Positions 37,777 to 47,597 of a stretch of 55,182 nucleotides of DNA are shown here, piece by piece (positions within the stretch are counted from its first letter, which is position 1; the number at the start of each line of letters is the position of its first letter). The position numbers were made by a program, and so were the translations under genes. The notes beneath the pieces are model-generated. The model did no database searches, was not told where the DNA came from, and worked only from the letters and a program-made list of their open reading frames with translations. Origin of the DNA: an uncultured Oscillospiraceae bacterium (GTDB lineage: Bacteria > Bacillota > Clostridia > Oscillospirales > Ruminococcaceae). The stretch covers positions 1 to 55,182 of the forward strand of contig CAYUOH010000013.1 in assembly GCA_964446385.1 (NCBI GenBank). Direction: 5' to 3'.

Positions 37777-37850
37777 TTATATCCCATTCGGGTGTTATGT
37801 TTCCCGGATGGGATATTGCTATAAAATCAGTTTTGTCGGAGATAGAAAAA

Positions 37851-38795
37851 ATGAAAAAGATCAGTTCGGAAGAATACATAAAGTTATTCTTCAGCCCGTC
37901 TGAAAAAAGTGAAATATCAACTGAAATTCTGCTGTCAGAGAAAGCGGATTTTTCTCTGCCGCTTAGGAATCCTGTTTCTCACAAATACAGTAACGGTCGG
38001 GCACTGATTATTGCGGGAAGTACCGGTTATGCAGGCGCGTCGGTTCTGGCGGCAAACGCGTGTGAGCGAAGCGGAGCAGGACTGACAACGCTGCTGGTTC
38101 CCGAAAGTATTTACAAAATTGCAGCCGTAAAGTGTGACGGATCCGTGGTTATACCTGTAAAGGCGAACAAAAACGGATGTTTTTCGCCTAAAGGTTTTGA
38201 TTTAGTAATGAATGCGCTTGAAAAAGCGGATGCCTGCGTCATTGGCCCGGGAATTCGGACGGGGAGCGACGCCGAAAAGATTGTCGCTGAAGTAGTGAAT
38301 AACAGTCCCTGCCCCGTAATTATTGACGCGGATGCTCTGACGGTATGCGGTCGTGATTCCCACCTGCTTGATGCCTGCAAATCAAAAATCATACTTACTC
38401 CGCATGAGGGCGAGTTTACAAGAATCGGCGGAGATTTATCCCGCGGCAGACTAGCCGGTGCTGAAGAATACGTAAAAAAACACAAAAATGCTGTTCTTGT
38501 CCTGAAGGGCTTCGGATCGATAGTCGCTGACGGAGAGAACCTGTATGTCAATCCGACAGGAAATCCCGGAATGGCAAAGGGCGGCAGCGGGGATGTTCTT
38601 TGTGGTATGATGTGCGCTCTGATTGCGCAGAAATATGATCCGGTGTTTTCTGCAAAATGTGCTGTATATCTTCACGGCCTGGCCGGGGATATGGCTTGTG
38701 CTGAAAAAGGGGAGTATTCGATAATTCCTTCTGACATAATTGACAAAATACCATATGCATTCATAAGCATAACCGAAAAAGAAACAATCAGATGA
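37851..38795 (+). CDS. nnrD: ADP-dependent NAD(P)H-hydrate dehydratase (YjeF C-terminal / NnrD)
   Basis: HKYSNGRALIIAGSTGYAGA, TPHEGEF and GGSGDVLCG motifs; start placed at the ATG with a GGAGA SD (the ORF-track start at 37728 overlaps the VOC gene). Confidence 0.8.
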   Translation: MKKISSEEYIKLFFSPSEKSEISTEILLSEKADFSLPLRNPVSHKYSNGRALIIAGSTGYAGASVLAANACERSGAGLTTLLVPESIYKIAAVKCDGSVVIPVKANKNGCFSPKGFDLVMNALEKADACVIGPGIRTGSDAEKIVAEVVNNSPCPVIIDADALTVCGRDSHLLDACKSKIILTPHEGEFTRIGGDLSRGRLAGAEEYVKKHKNAVLVLKGFGSIVADGENLYVNPTGNPGMAKGGSGDVLCGMMCALIAQKYDPVFSAKCAVYLHGLAGDMACAEKGEYSIIPSDIIDKIPYAFISITEKETIR

Positions 38796-38893
38796 TTGTT
38801 GAAGAGGGAAGACTTCTGGTTCAAAAGATTAAATAGCTTCTGCACGCAGGTAAACTTTCAGGGCGGTCAATAATATGACCGCCCCCAATTTCA

Positions 38894-39478
38894 TTATATT
38901 TTAAGTTTGAACATCCCGTGTCTGTTGCAGAAACAGTACAGATATCGTGTGCTGCTTATCTTGAAACGTGCCTCCGCAGGCCCTTCGGGATACAGTTTTT
39001 TTATTTCGCAGCCGTCGTCCTTTACAGCGGCGAAGAAAGATAAATAATGTTCTTTTGTCATTTCATGTTCTGAGGAAACATAATACTCATCCTCGGCAAT
39101 TCTTACTTTTATACTGTGAAAATCATCGGGATTTTCCGCCTCTTCAGACGGCAAGGTAATACCGCAGCAGCTGATTACTGCCTCACCGGTAGAAACTATA
39201 ACGTTTCCGCATACCGGGCATACGTGGAATTTCATCCTTATCATGTTGAATGATCGGTTGCTGTTCGTAACATTTTTTCCGGCAATCAGCTCGGATACTG
39301 AAAGCCCCAGAGCGGATGCAAGGGATTCCAGCAGAGAAATGTCGGGATATCCGCGACCGTTTTCCCATTTGGATACAGCCTTGTCGCTTACGTTCAGCAG
39401 TCCGGCGAGATTTGCCTGGGTCATGCCCCGGCTCTCGCGCAGTAATTTGATTATTTCTCCGGTAACGTACTGATTCAT
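38894..39478 (-). CDS. XRE-family HTH regulator fused to a complete desulfoferrodoxin (desulforedoxin plus superoxide-reductase domains)
   Basis: N-terminus LRESRGMTQANLAGLLNVSDKAVSKWENG is a Cro/C1 HTH; CPVCGNVIV...CCG is the desulforedoxin Fe(Cys)4 site; H..HEMTKEH...PEGPAEARF...CNRHG matches the SOR centre II ligand pattern (compare Dfx HPMEEKH...CNLHG). Confidence 0.75.
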   Translation of the reverse strand: MNQYVTGEIIKLLRESRGMTQANLAGLLNVSDKAVSKWENGRGYPDISLLESLASALGLSVSELIAGKNVTNSNRSFNMIRMKFHVCPVCGNVIVSTGEAVISCCGITLPSEEAENPDDFHSIKVRIAEDEYYVSSEHEMTKEHYLSFFAAVKDDGCEIKKLYPEGPAEARFKISSTRYLYCFCNRHGMFKLKI

Positions 39479-39708
39479 TTTTTCTCCCTAGAATGCTCCG
39501 TATGGATCCGATATAGCGCTGCAGATCCTCCGGAAATTTTGAAATGTGCCAGCGGTCGGCAGCGGCATGATGGTATATCAGCGGCTGCGTCATAATTATA
39601 TTATCACATTGACAATATATTAATGTATCCGGCAGATTCCAGGTACCTACGTTCAGTAGATATATAAAATCATTTCCCGAAAAAGGAAAGGCCACAGAAA
39701 CATAAAAT

Positions 39709-40569
39709 TTATACGTAAACCAGGAAAAGACCGACAAGAACACCTAAAAGAGTCATGAACGCGGGGGCTTTGGAACGCAGCATAAGGAAAGCTTCGGGCA
39801 TTAGCTCCCCGAAAACCACATACAGCATTGCACCTCCTGCGAAGCTGAGTGAGAAAGACAGCCACAGCGGGCTGAGCATACTCAGTGAATACCCACAGAC
39901 TGCACCGATAATTGTCGGTACGCCGGACAGGGCAGTAATGGCGACAGCCTTCCAGCTTCCCATTCCGCCGGAAATAAGAGGGACCGATACGGCCATGCCT
40001 TCGGGAATGTTGTGAAGGCCAATAATTACTGCTATCAGGAATCCGGTTCCTCCGGTAAGCGTAGCGGCGTCGCCCGCGTATGTGGCACCTATAACCATTC
40101 CTTCCGGCATGTTGTGCAGCGCTATCGCGAAAGCCATAACAACACCTGCAAGGAAAAGCTGGCGGTTGTTGTTTGTTCTGTACATGTGTTCGTAGTAATG
40201 GTCTGAGTGAATCAGCTCGTCCAGGTCGTCTGCGGTATGAGGATGCTCTTCCTGTTCCACATGTGAAAGCTCCGGATTGGTGTTTTTATCTATAAGCCAG
40301 TTAAGCAGATACACAACCCCGAATCCAACAGAAGTACCGGCCGCAACCAGCCAGATTGATATTTCAGATTCGGCTCCTGCGGGATGAAAAGCACTAGGCA
40401 GCATGTCAAAACATACAACGGACATCATTACTCCTGCAGCAAAGCTCAGAAGCAGACTGACCAATTTTGACGAGTCACGGCGTAAAATGGCACCGATAAG
40501 TCCGCCGAGGCCGGTCCCCAAAACTCCGGCAACGCCTGTAATTATAATTATTCCCCAGATCCTATTCAT
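39709..40569 (-). CDS. zupT: ZIP family metal transporter (ZupT-like)
   Basis: HNMPEGM and HNIPEGMA motifs in TM4/5-like helices, a His-rich loop, and about 8 TM. Confidence 0.85.
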   Translation of the reverse strand: MNRIWGIIIITGVAGVLGTGLGGLIGAILRRDSSKLVSLLLSFAAGVMMSVVCFDMLPSAFHPAGAESEISIWLVAAGTSVGFGVVYLLNWLIDKNTNPELSHVEQEEHPHTADDLDELIHSDHYYEHMYRTNNNRQLFLAGVVMAFAIALHNMPEGMVIGATYAGDAATLTGGTGFLIAVIIGLHNIPEGMAVSVPLISGGMGSWKAVAITALSGVPTIIGAVCGYSLSMLSPLWLSFSLSFAGGAMLYVVFGELMPEAFLMLRSKAPAFMTLLGVLVGLFLVYV

Positions 40570-40591
40570 ATATTACTCTCCACGTTTTGCC

Positions 40592-40635
40592 AGTTAGCCT
40601 ATGCTAACTGATTTCGTAGTTAGCATAGGCTAACT
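40592..40635. promoter_or_regulatory. duplicated DtxR/IdeR-type palindromic operator (two 18-bp sites, mutually reverse-complementary)
   Basis: AGTTAGCCTATGCTAACT (40592-40609) and AGTTAGCATAGGCTAACT (40618-40635); each has 7-bp inverted arms around TTAGC..GCTAA, resembling the DtxR box TTAGGTTAGCCTAACCTAA; located 23-66 bp upstream of zupT and about 180 bp upstream of the dtxR-like gene. Confidence 0.5.
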
Positions 40636-40810
40636 TGGCCGGAATGTCAAGGTATTATATACTTTTGTATAGAAATTGTTGTATTTGTGTCGACTACATG
40701 AAGGCTTCGTCCTATAATTAAGGAACAATATAATAAAACAGGGGACGTGTGTCATTGACCGCTGTGTTATGATGTTTTTAAATACCAAAATAATGCGGGA
40801 GATGAAATAA

Positions 40811-41185
40811 TTGCCTATTCAGGAATCCGGCGAAATGTACCTTGAGACTATCTTGGTTTTGTCCGGACAAAAGAAAACAGTCCGCGCTATTGATATTGTG
40901 GAATACATGAATTTCTCCAAACCTTCCGTAAGCCGTGCGCTTTCCCGTCTGCGTGCGGACGGGCTGATTGATACGGACAATGAAGGTTATATAACCTTTA
41001 CCGAAAATGGAAGAAGTCGCGCAGAAAAAATTTACAACCGCCACGTGGTTCTTGCGGACTTTTTTGTCAGACTCGGTGTGAATGCGGATACAGCATCCTC
41101 AGACGCTTGCAGGATAGAACACATAATCAGCGACGAAACATTCAACGCAATGGTAAAATACGCAAATTTACTGAAGAAAAAATAA
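40811..41185 (+). CDS. DtxR/MntR family metal-dependent transcriptional regulator
   Basis: EMYLETILVL...VRAIDIVEYMNFSKPSVSRALSRLRADGLI wHTH typical of DtxR/MntR; TTG start with a GGGAGA SD. Confidence 0.8.
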   Translation: MPIQESGEMYLETILVLSGQKKTVRAIDIVEYMNFSKPSVSRALSRLRADGLIDTDNEGYITFTENGRSRAEKIYNRHVVLADFFVRLGVNADTASSDACRIEHIISDETFNAMVKYANLLKKK

Positions 41186-41532
41186 CAGAATTAAGATAAA
41201 GGCTCACTATTTAGGTAGAGTGCTTTCACTAATTTATATAAACACCTCCTGTATGATTATAGTTTTTATGCGCTTAATACAATATAGCAGAAATTACTCA
41301 TCTGTTCATTGACTTTATTCAAGAGGTTTACAGAAGGCTGGATATTAAAATAGTGTTTAAAATTTGAAAAAACGGGGTGTTTTTCTGACTGAAACAGGCT
41401 TTTTCTCGGGATATGATTAGTTTTGTGATAAATAACAAAAACAGGAACTTTTGATTCCCAATTATCCCTCAATTAGTGAATTGAACTATTTTTTATTTCT
41501 GTTATCATTTAAGTATCAAAGGAGGTCGCCAG

Positions 41533-42111
41533 ATGAAACTTCTTGAAGAACGTATCCGCCGCGACGGAGAAGTGCTTCCAGGCGATATTCTCAAGGTCGG
41601 CAGCTTCCTTAATCACAGGATTGACACACGCCTTCTCGATAAAATGGGTGCCGAATTTGGCCTTTTGTATTCCGGAAGCGGTATCACCAAAATTCTAACC
41701 TTAGAAGCTTCGGGTATAGCTATCGCATCGATGGCTTCTCCGTATTTCGATTTCTGCCCTGTAATATTCGCAAAAAAAATTGCAGGAAAGAACGTATCGG
41801 GAGACGTTATTACATCTACTGTCGTGTCATACACAAAGGGTGTTACTTACAATATTACCGTCCAGAAGGACCTCATCAGTCCCGACGACACAATTTTGAT
41901 TATTGACGATTTCCTAGCTAACGGTGAGGCTCTAAAAGGACTTGTAGATATCGTAAACCAGTCCGGGGCTGCGCTTGCCGGCGCGGGTATTGCAATCGAA
42001 AAAGCATACCAGCCCGGCGGAGATCTTATCCGCGGCATGGGCATCCGTGTCGAATCCCTTGCCCGTATCAAGAGTATGGATGCAGAAAAGGGCATCGAAT
42101 TCTGCCGATAA
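41533..42111 (+). CDS. xpt: xanthine phosphoribosyltransferase
   Basis: MKLLEERIRRDGEVLPGDILKVGSFLNHRID... with the PRPP-binding loop IIDDFLANG; AAGGAGG SD. Confidence 0.9.
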   Translation: MKLLEERIRRDGEVLPGDILKVGSFLNHRIDTRLLDKMGAEFGLLYSGSGITKILTLEASGIAIASMASPYFDFCPVIFAKKIAGKNVSGDVITSTVVSYTKGVTYNITVQKDLISPDDTILIIDDFLANGEALKGLVDIVNQSGAALAGAGIAIEKAYQPGGDLIRGMGIRVESLARIKSMDAEKGIEFCR

Positions 42112-42346
42112 GGTAAACACAACTGAATACCGGTCGATATATATCGAATGATATGGTTTTGAAGTCTCTACCCGGCTACCGTAAATTGCCGGACTATCGA
42201 CACATTTATGCGCGGTGAGTTTTATTTTTCACCGGCGAATGTTTTTTTGATGGGTGGAGCTTTCAAAGTTCCGCCTTATTTGTTTTCACTGCCGCCCTAT
42301 ACGGTATGAAAAATATAAGTTCACTATAAATAGGAAGGAAAACAAA

Positions 42347-43588
42347 ATGAAAAAAGTATTAGCAGTTCTTCTTGCACTGGTTCTTTGCTTTTCCCTTGCC
42401 GCCTGCGGCAAAAAGGCCGAGGAACCCGTCCCTGCAGTAGATCCTGCCGCCCCTGAAAAAGAGGCTGATGCAGAACCCGAAAACACATTCAAGGCAGGTT
42501 TTATTTTCCTGCACGACGAGAACAGTACCTATGACCTCAACTTCATCAACGCCGCCAAGGCTGCTTGTGAATCTCTGGGCATAGAGTCCGTTCTCAAGAC
42601 CAACATTCCCGAGGGTCAGGAATGCTATGATGCAGCCTGCGATCTTGTCGATGCCGGCTGTGGCATCATCTTTGCCGACAGTTTCGGTCATGAGGACTTT
42701 ATGATCGAGGCTGCAAAGGAATTCCCCGAGGTTGAGTTCTGCCACGCTACAGGCACAAAGGCTCATACCGAAGGACTCAGCAACTACCACAACGCATTTG
42801 CCTCCATCTATGAAGGCCGCTACCTTGCCGGCATAGCCGCAGGCATGAAGATTAACGAAATGATTGATAACGGCGATATCACAGCCGAAGAGGCTCTTGT
42901 CGGTTATGTAGGTGCCTATACCTATGCCGAAGTTATGTCCGGTTACACCAGTTTCTTCCTCGGCATCCGCAGCGTATGCCCCTCCGCCGAAATGAAAGTA
43001 ACATTTACAGGTTCCTGGTATGACGAGACAGCTGAGAAGGAAGCCGCACAGAACCTTATAGACGACGGTTGCATTCTGATCAGCCAGCACGCCGATTCCA
43101 TGGGCGCTCCCACTGCCTGCGAGACCGCAGGAGTTCCTAATGTTTCCTACAACGGCAGCACTCTCTCCGCCGCCCCCAATACATTCATCGTTTCTTCCCG
43201 CATTGACTGGACTCCTTTCTTTGAATATGCCATTCAGAACGCTATGGACGGTACAGAATTCGAAGCTGACTGGACAGGTACAATTTCCACCGGTTCCGTT
43301 TGTCTTACCGATGTCAACACCAACGTAGCCGCCGAAGGTACCGTTGAGGCTATTGAAGAAGCTAAGGCCAAGCTCATTTCCGGTGAAATTCACGTTTTCG
43401 ATACCTCCACTTTCACAGTTGAAGGAAAGACCCTTGACAGCTATATGGCTGACATCGACACCGATGCCGCATATACAGGCGATACCGAGGTTATTTCCGA
43501 CGGTTACTTCCATGAAAGTGAATATCGTTCCGCACCTGCCTTTAATATCACTATTGACGGCATTACACTTCTTGATACTAAATTCTAA
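42347..43588 (+). CDS. BMP family (PnrA/Med-like) lipoprotein, nucleoside ABC transporter substrate-binding protein
   Basis: Lipoprotein signal MKKVLAVLLALVLCFSLAAC; BMP-family fold motifs; start at the ATG with an AGGAAGG SD (the ORF-track start at 42254 lacks one). Confidence 0.85.
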   Translation: MKKVLAVLLALVLCFSLAACGKKAEEPVPAVDPAAPEKEADAEPENTFKAGFIFLHDENSTYDLNFINAAKAACESLGIESVLKTNIPEGQECYDAACDLVDAGCGIIFADSFGHEDFMIEAAKEFPEVEFCHATGTKAHTEGLSNYHNAFASIYEGRYLAGIAAGMKINEMIDNGDITAEEALVGYVGAYTYAEVMSGYTSFFLGIRSVCPSAEMKVTFTGSWYDETAEKEAAQNLIDDGCILISQHADSMGAPTACETAGVPNVSYNGSTLSAAPNTFIVSSRIDWTPFFEYAIQNAMDGTEFEADWTGTISTGSVCLTDVNTNVAAEGTVEAIEEAKAKLISGEIHVFDTSTFTVEGKTLDSYMADIDTDAAYTGDTEVISDGYFHESEYRSAPAFNITIDGITLLDTKF

Positions 43589-43717
43589 TTTTATCTGTTA
43601 TGCAGAGGAAGGTCTGAAAAAGGCCTTCCTCTTGTATTGCTTTAAAGGGGAACCGGAGGGCATACATCCGGCTGCCCTGTGACGCAGTATTCCGCAATTT
43701 TCGAAGGGAGAAAAGAT

Positions 43718-45283
43718 TTGAATACAACTTCTTCAGCAAACGTAGCCGGCGCCACAAACGCGACGGTAAAAATGCGCAATATAACAAAAAGGTTCGGCTC
43801 AATCGTAGCAAACGACAAGGCTTGGCTTGATATATATAAGGGCGATATTCTTGCCATTCTGGGCGAGAACGGCAGTGGCAAGACCACACTGATGAACATG
43901 TTGGCCGGAATCTATTTCCCCGATGAAGGTGAAATCTACATCAACGACGAGGAAGTTGTCATAAGATCTCCGCGTGACGCCTACAGATACGGCATCGGCA
44001 TGGTCCACCAGCATTTTTTACTGGTAGATGTGCTTACAGCAGCGGAAAATATTATCCTCGGTCTTGAAGGCAAAGAAAAGCTTGATATGAAGGAGGTCAA
44101 CGCCAGAGTAAAGGACCTCTGTGACCGTTACGGCTTTGATATTGACCCCAACCAGAAAATCTACAGTATGTCGGTTTCGCAGAAACAAACCGTTGAAATA
44201 GTAAAGGCTCTGTACCGCGGTGCCGAAATCCTTATTCTCGACGAACCTACTGCTGTACTTACTCCTCAGGAAACAGAAAAACTTTTTGAAGTTTTACGCA
44301 ATATGCGCGCCGACGGAAGGACAATTGTTCTTATTACCCACAAGCTTAACGAAGTAAAAGAACTTTCCGATCGTGTGGCAGTTCTGCGCAAAGGCCAGTT
44401 TATCGGAGATATGCTGACATCCGAAACCACCGAGCAGGAAATGATCAACATGCTTGTAGGACATCCAATATCTCTAAGTATTAACCGCCCAGAGCCTGTG
44501 AACCCCAGACCCCGCATCCAGATTGACGGCCTTACAGTTCGCAGCATAGACGGCGTGCTCAAACTGGACAACGTGTCTTTTGTGGCGCAGAGCGGAGAGG
44601 TGCTTGGTATTGCCGGGATTTCCGGAAGCGGACAGAAAGAGCTCCTTGAGGCCATTGCAGGCTTGCAGCCTGTTGAAGCGGGCAGTATCCAGTATGTGAA
44701 CGACGACGGAACGAAGGAACAGATTATTGGCAAGGATCCTCTGGCAATTTCCGAGATGGGCGTTACGCTGTCTTTCGTGCCGGAAGACCGTCTCGGCATG
44801 GGCCTTGTCAGTGAGATGGATATCTCATCCAACATGATGCTGCGCAGTTTCAGAAAGGGTAAATCGGCCTTCCTTAACCTAAAGTTCCCGACGGACCTTG
44901 CGCAGGATGTCGTGAACAGGCTTGGGGTTGTTACCCCCGGCATCGACATATCCGTAGGTAAACTTTCCGGAGGAAATGTCCAGAAGGTTCTTGTAGGTAG
45001 GGAAATTGCCTTTGCGCCGACAGTCCTGCTTACAGCGTATGCGGTTAGAGGACTCGATATCAATTCTTCATATATGATTTACGACCTGATAAACGAGCAG
45101 AAGAATAAGGGTGTTGCGGTTATTTATGTCGGTGAGGATCTTGATGTTCTTCTGGATCTTTCAGACAGAGTTCTGGTACTCTGCGACGGCAAAGTCAGCG
45201 GAATTGTTGAAGGCAGAAACGCAGACAAGCAGGAAGTCGGACATATGATGACAAGTGTCGGAGGAAACGGTAAAAATGAATAA
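43718..45283 (+). CDS. ABC transporter ATP-binding protein with duplicated NBDs (nucleoside/sugar type)
   Basis: Two Walker A sites (GENGSGKTT; GISGSGQKE), LSGG signatures; probable TTG start after an AAGGGAG SD (the ORF-track ATG at 43679 is inside the SD region). Confidence 0.85.
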   Translation: MNTTSSANVAGATNATVKMRNITKRFGSIVANDKAWLDIYKGDILAILGENGSGKTTLMNMLAGIYFPDEGEIYINDEEVVIRSPRDAYRYGIGMVHQHFLLVDVLTAAENIILGLEGKEKLDMKEVNARVKDLCDRYGFDIDPNQKIYSMSVSQKQTVEIVKALYRGAEILILDEPTAVLTPQETEKLFEVLRNMRADGRTIVLITHKLNEVKELSDRVAVLRKGQFIGDMLTSETTEQEMINMLVGHPISLSINRPEPVNPRPRIQIDGLTVRSIDGVLKLDNVSFVAQSGEVLGIAGISGSGQKELLEAIAGLQPVEAGSIQYVNDDGTKEQIIGKDPLAISEMGVTLSFVPEDRLGMGLVSEMDISSNMMLRSFRKGKSAFLNLKFPTDLAQDVVNRLGVVTPGIDISVGKLSGGNVQKVLVGREIAFAPTVLLTAYAVRGLDINSSYMIYDLINEQKNKGVAVIYVGEDLDVLLDLSDRVLVLCDGKVSGIVEGRNADKQEVGHMMTSVGGNGKNE

Positions 45284-46385
45284 GCGCGATACTCCGTTAT
45301 TCCATATTACCAAGCGTAACGATTTCCCGTGGTACAAGGCCTGGCTTATCCGTGGCGCTGCAATTATCATCGCACTGGCGGCATGCGCTCTGGTAACCAC
45401 GTTGTTGACGGGTGAAAATCCCCTTGGAATTTACAAGACAATATTTGAAGGTGCTTTCGGTACTGTACGCAAGACCTGGGTCCTGGCCCAGAACATAGCG
45501 ATTCTGCTATGTATATCCCTTGCGGTCACGCCCGCGTTCAAAATGAAATTCTGGAACATCGGCGGCGAAGGACAGGTGCTTATGGGATGCCTTGCCACCG
45601 CTACCTGTATGATACTCATTGGCGACAAAGTTCCCGGCTGGTTTCTTATAATAATTATGTTTGTTTCCGCTGTTCTGTTCGGCGGAATCTGGGGCGCCAT
45701 TCCGGCACTCTTCAAGGCAAAATGGAACACAAACGAAACGCTGTTCACCCTAATGATGAACTATGTGGCGACACAGATAGTAGCCTATTTTACTATCAAA
45801 TGGGAGGTCCCGAAGGGATCGGGCAAAATCGGCATAATCAATCAGAATTCCGAGGCCGGATGGCTGCCAAAAATCGCCGGACAGAAATACCTTCTTAATG
45901 TTCTGGTAGTCGCAGGCCTATTAATATTAGTATATATATACCTGAAATATACCAAGCACGGCTATGAAATTTCCGTCGTCGGAGGCAGCGAGCGTACCGC
46001 CCGTTATGTAGGAATCAAGGTCGGGAAGGTAATAATAAGAACCATGTTCCTTTCCGGAGCTATCTGCGGCATCGCCGGATTCCTGCTTGTTGCTGGCACG
46101 GATCATACTCTTACAACGACTCTGGCCGCCGGGCGCGGTTTTACTGCGGTTATGGTTTCATGGCTGGCCCAGTTCAATCCGTTGATCATGATAGCATCCA
46201 GCTTCCTTCTCGCATTCCTCGGAAAGGGCGCGGGCGAGGTCTCTACAGTATTCGGGCTCAACCAGAGTTTTTCTGATATCCTCACCGGCATTATCCTGTT
46301 TTTTATTATCGGAAGCGAGTTCTTTATCACATACAAGCTTGTTCGCACAAAAACCGATGCCGGCAAAAAGGAGGTAGAAGAATAA
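45276..46385 (+). CDS. ABC transporter permease (BMP-system permease 1)
   Basis: Polytopic permease; ATG after a GGAGGA SD, overlapping the ATPase stop by 8 nt. Confidence 0.8.
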   Translation: MNKRDTPLFHITKRNDFPWYKAWLIRGAAIIIALAACALVTTLLTGENPLGIYKTIFEGAFGTVRKTWVLAQNIAILLCISLAVTPAFKMKFWNIGGEGQVLMGCLATATCMILIGDKVPGWFLIIIMFVSAVLFGGIWGAIPALFKAKWNTNETLFTLMMNYVATQIVAYFTIKWEVPKGSGKIGIINQNSEAGWLPKIAGQKYLLNVLVVAGLLILVYIYLKYTKHGYEISVVGGSERTARYVGIKVGKVIIRTMFLSGAICGIAGFLLVAGTDHTLTTTLAAGRGFTAVMVSWLAQFNPLIMIASSFLLAFLGKGAGEVSTVFGLNQSFSDILTGIILFFIIGSEFFITYKLVRTKTDAGKKEVEE

Positions 46386-47374
46386 TGTTCAGTTTTCTTG
46401 TTTCTTTTCTGCCTAGAGCCGTTATGCAGGGTGTTCCTCTTCTGTTTGGATGTGTGGGAGAAACCCTGACGGAAAAATCAGGCAACCTTAACCTAGGTAT
46501 TCCCGGAATAATGTATGTCGGCGGTATCAGCGGAGTTATCGGTGCGTTTATATACGAACAGAACGCTGTCGTAATGTCACCTTTCTGGACAATAGCAGTA
46601 CCTCTTTTGTCATCACTTACGGGTTCACTGCTTATGGGTTTGATTTACTGTTTCCTTACGGTATCGTTAAGGGCAAATCAGAACGTTACAGGTCTTGCCC
46701 TTACCACATTTGGCATCGGTATCGGAAACTTCTTCGGTGGTTCTCTTATTAAGCTGACCAACAGTGAGGTCCCCTCAATTGCCCTTTCTGCCACAAGCAA
46801 ATGCTTCAGCGCGTCGCTGCCTTTCGCATCCAAACTCGGCTGGTTCGGTAAAATTTTCTTATCATATGGATTCCTTGCTTATCTTGCCGTGTTATTGGCT
46901 GTACTTGCAGGCAACTTCCTTAATAAGACACGTACCGGTCTTCAGCTCAAAGCTGTCGGCGAAAATCCCGCTACAGCGGATGCCGCCGGTATCAACGTTG
47001 AAAAATATAAATATATCGCAACATGCATAGGAAGTATGATAGCTGGCCTCGGCGGACTTTACTATGTAATGGACTACGCCAGCGGCGTCTGGTCAAACGA
47101 CGCCTTCGGTGACCGCGGATGGCTGGTTATTGCTCTTGTCATTTTCACAATATGGAAACCTTTCAACGGTATCTGGGCATCATTCCTGTTCGGCGGTCTT
47201 TACATCCTTTATCTGTTTCTCCCAACAGGAACTAATCTAGCTGTGGGTGAGCTATACAAAATGATTCCCTACGCCGTAACCCTTTTGGTACTGATTATTA
47301 CCAGCATGCGCGACAGACGAGAAGATCAGCCTCCCGCAGCGCTGGGTCTCAGTTATTTCAGGGAGAATCGTTGA
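46385..47374 (+). CDS. ABC transporter permease (BMP-system permease 2)
   Basis: Polytopic permease; ATGA start/stop overlap with the upstream permease. Confidence 0.8.
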   Translation: MFSFLVSFLPRAVMQGVPLLFGCVGETLTEKSGNLNLGIPGIMYVGGISGVIGAFIYEQNAVVMSPFWTIAVPLLSSLTGSLLMGLIYCFLTVSLRANQNVTGLALTTFGIGIGNFFGGSLIKLTNSEVPSIALSATSKCFSASLPFASKLGWFGKIFLSYGFLAYLAVLLAVLAGNFLNKTRTGLQLKAVGENPATADAAGINVEKYKYIATCIGSMIAGLGGLYYVMDYASGVWSNDAFGDRGWLVIALVIFTIWKPFNGIWASFLFGGLYILYLFLPTGTNLAVGELYKMIPYAVTLLVLIITSMRDRREDQPPAALGLSYFRENR

Positions 47375-47597
47375 TGAGTTTTTCCACCGCCTTTTTTTGA
47401 TTTTGACGATACGCTTACCGATCCCGCTTTGGTAATATATAAAAGTATTATTCATGCTTTTGTAAAAGGCAGGTGCTCACGGCAATGTCCACGATTACTA
47501 TCGCTGGATAGCTTGAAGAGATACTGCTGAAACATCAATAATGTGTGAGCACCCTTTCCCCCGGGTGCTCATTTTTGAAAAATAACGGAGAAAAAGT

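Noticed and set aside
39183-39743. 186-aa ORF on the minus strand overlapping the XRE-Dfx gene and the zupT 3' end
   Set aside because: Arg-rich translation, no SD, and it overlaps two well-supported genes in alternative frames.
41186-41532. Purine (G-box) riboswitch upstream of xpt
   Set aside because: The expected conserved junction and loop sequences (e.g. CCGUAAAU, UAUA J1-2, GGAUAUGG) are absent; only generic hairpins were found, so I do not call a riboswitch.
42359-43513. 384-aa ORF on the minus strand
   Set aside because: Antisense to the BMP-family substrate-binding protein gene; Gly/Cys/Val-rich translation without motifs; no SD.
44266-45063. 265-aa ORF on the minus strand
   Set aside because: Antisense to the ABC ATPase gene; Ser/Pro/Thr-rich low-complexity translation.
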